A stretch of DNA of 15,496 nt from a virus: the IMG/VR virus record IMGVR_UViG_2619619053_000002, positions 1 through 15,496 of that record. One strand, given 5' to 3'. Below, one piece after another: positions 14,812-15,496 of the stretch (its first letter is position 1; every line of letters begins with the position of its first letter). Both the position numbers and the translations under genes were made by a program. Below the pieces are notes generated by a model that was not told where the DNA came from, did no database searches, and was given only the letters and a program-made list of their open reading frames with translations.

Positions 14812-14945
14812 GGGAAGGCGAAAAACCGGGGGGTCTGCCGGCGGTTGCGAATCGAGTTTTCGCGCTGTTTGCGAAACGAGATGCGCGATCCGCCGGACGG
14901 GGCGCGGTGGCGCCCCGCCCCCCGCCTGGTGTTTTTCGCCTTCCC
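14812..14945. repeat. Long imperfect GC-rich palindrome with nested hairpins
   Basis: The outer arms gggaaggcgaaaaa (14812-14825) and tttttcgccttccc (14932-14945) are perfect over 14 bp. Inner pairs are G6 (14828-14833)/C6 (14918-14923) and ccggcgg (14838-14844)/ccgccgg (14890-14896). A side hairpin cggggcgc-ggtg-gcgccccg lies at 14898-14917. Confidence 0.8.
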
Positions 14946-14947
14946 GT

Positions 14948-15236
14948 CCCCGCCGCCGCCTTTCCGCGCGGGCTGGAGTATGACGGGTCTGCTGGCTCTG
15001 TCTCAGTGGCGGGCTTGAGGGCAGCAGGTTTGCGAGTGGTGTTGCGGGTATAAGCTGGGTTGGCTGTGTCGTAGTGGCTGGCTTGCTATCGCTCCCCGCC
15101 GCCGCCTAAGCGTTGGCTGAAGTATGACGGGTTTGCTGGCTCTGTCTCAGTGGCGGGCTTAAGGGCAGCAGGTTTGCGAGTGGTGTTGCCGGTACAAGCT
15201 GGGTTGGCTGTGTCGGAGTGGTTGGCTTGCTATCGC
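14948..15236. repeat. Two tandem copies of a ~144-bp unit containing four 24-bp iteron-like motifs
   Basis: 14971-15092 against 15115-15236 gives 7 mismatches in 122 nt. The motif TGGCTsTGTCnnAGTGGnkGGCTT occurs at 14993-15016, 15061-15084, 15137-15160 and 15205-15228. Confidence 0.9.
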
Positions 15237-15295
15237 GCGTAGCGCGGCCCGGGCGCGACAGTCCGTTGGCGGTTGCGCCGCCCTGCCGCAGAGCA

Positions 15296-15373
15296 GGCGT
15301 TTCTCGTCCGCCCCCCGCAAATCCCAACGATGCTAGGAAGGACGCTACTGGCGGATGGGCGGCGAGAAACGCC
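15296..15373. repeat. Stem-enclosed module R1, a paralogue of the module in the terminal repeat
   Basis: An 11-bp inverted repeat, ggcgtttctcg (15296-15306) / cgagaaacgcc (15363-15373), encloses ccgccccccgcaaatcccaacg ... aggaaggacgctactggcggatgggcgg. Confidence 0.85.
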
Positions 15374-15401
15374 AAACGAGGACGCGGCAGGCGAGCCAGA
15401 A

Positions 15402-15489
15402 GCGCCGCTCCGCCCCCCGCAAATCCCAACGGCGCCGGACGGCGCCATCATCTCAGGAAGGACGCTACTGGCGGATGGGCGGGCGGCGC
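15402..15489. repeat. Stem-enclosed module R2 (also at 4-77 via the terminal repeat)
   Basis: Same core as R1 (15410-15431 and 15455-15482), but atgct is replaced by a 23-nt insert containing the palindrome ggcgcc-ggac-ggcgcc. The module is enclosed by gcgccgc (15402-15408) / gcggcgc (15483-15489). Confidence 0.8.
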
Positions 15490-15496
15490 GAAGCGA
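15407..15496. repeat. Terminal direct repeat, right copy (identical to 1-90)
   Basis: Same 90-mer as 1-90. Confidence 0.95.

Larger units (their letters stand above)
1..15406. mobile_element. Complete small tailed-phage-like genome (unit length 15406 bp; circular assembly or 90-bp direct terminal repeat)
   Basis: The window ends are an exact 90-bp direct repeat. The content is a full packaging-head-tail-lysis set plus one DNA-binding gene and one large non-coding control region. Confidence 0.75.

Noticed and set aside
14948-15236. Possible CRISPR array
   Set aside because: Only two long (~144 bp) adjacent copies with no unique spacers, and no cas genes. The architecture is tandem-repeat/iteron-like, not CRISPR.
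14756-15451. ORFs of 73-107 aa in the GC-rich repeat block (14756-14983 +, 15106-15429 -, 15230-15451 -)
   Set aside because: The products are Ala/Gly/Arg/Pro runs. They overlap tandem and inverted DNA repeats whose periods are not codon-constrained.

Overview
The window appears to be one complete, very small (about 15.4 kb) tailed-phage-like genome. Bases 1-90 are identical to bases 15407-15496, so the unit length is 15406 bp, either a circular assembly or a 90-bp direct terminal repeat. One tightly packed + strand array (310-13132) encodes, in order: an HNH endonuclease; a small ORF in the small-terminase position; large terminase; a 67-aa coiled-coil protein; portal; a small Cys-containing ORF; a single 696-aa ORF that looks like prohead protease + Q/E-rich scaffold + HK97-fold major capsid protein; a gp6-like head-tail adaptor; four tail-region proteins of unrecognised family (146, 503, 171 and 673 aa) with no tail tube or tape measure; a lysis cassette with two small membrane proteins and a signal-peptide lytic transglycosylase; and three small accessory ORFs. 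A clean terminator at 13164-13186 separates this array from two convergent minus-strand genes, an 88-aa unknown and a 240-aa winged-HTH protein. The rest, about 1.45 kb (14271-15406 plus 1-309 across the junction), looks non-coding and holds most of the unexplained signal. It contains a 19-bp perfect inverted repeat, a long GC-rich nested palindrome, a CGCCCCCCGC decamer present four times, a 2 x 144-bp tandem repeat carrying four 24-bp iteron-like motifs, and two paralogous stem-enclosed modules. I saw no integrase, DNA polymerase, primase/helicase, tRNA, rRNA, CRISPR array or reverse transcriptase. All functional calls rest on motifs I recognise by eye, plus gene order and size. No database search was possible, so family assignments are hypotheses.
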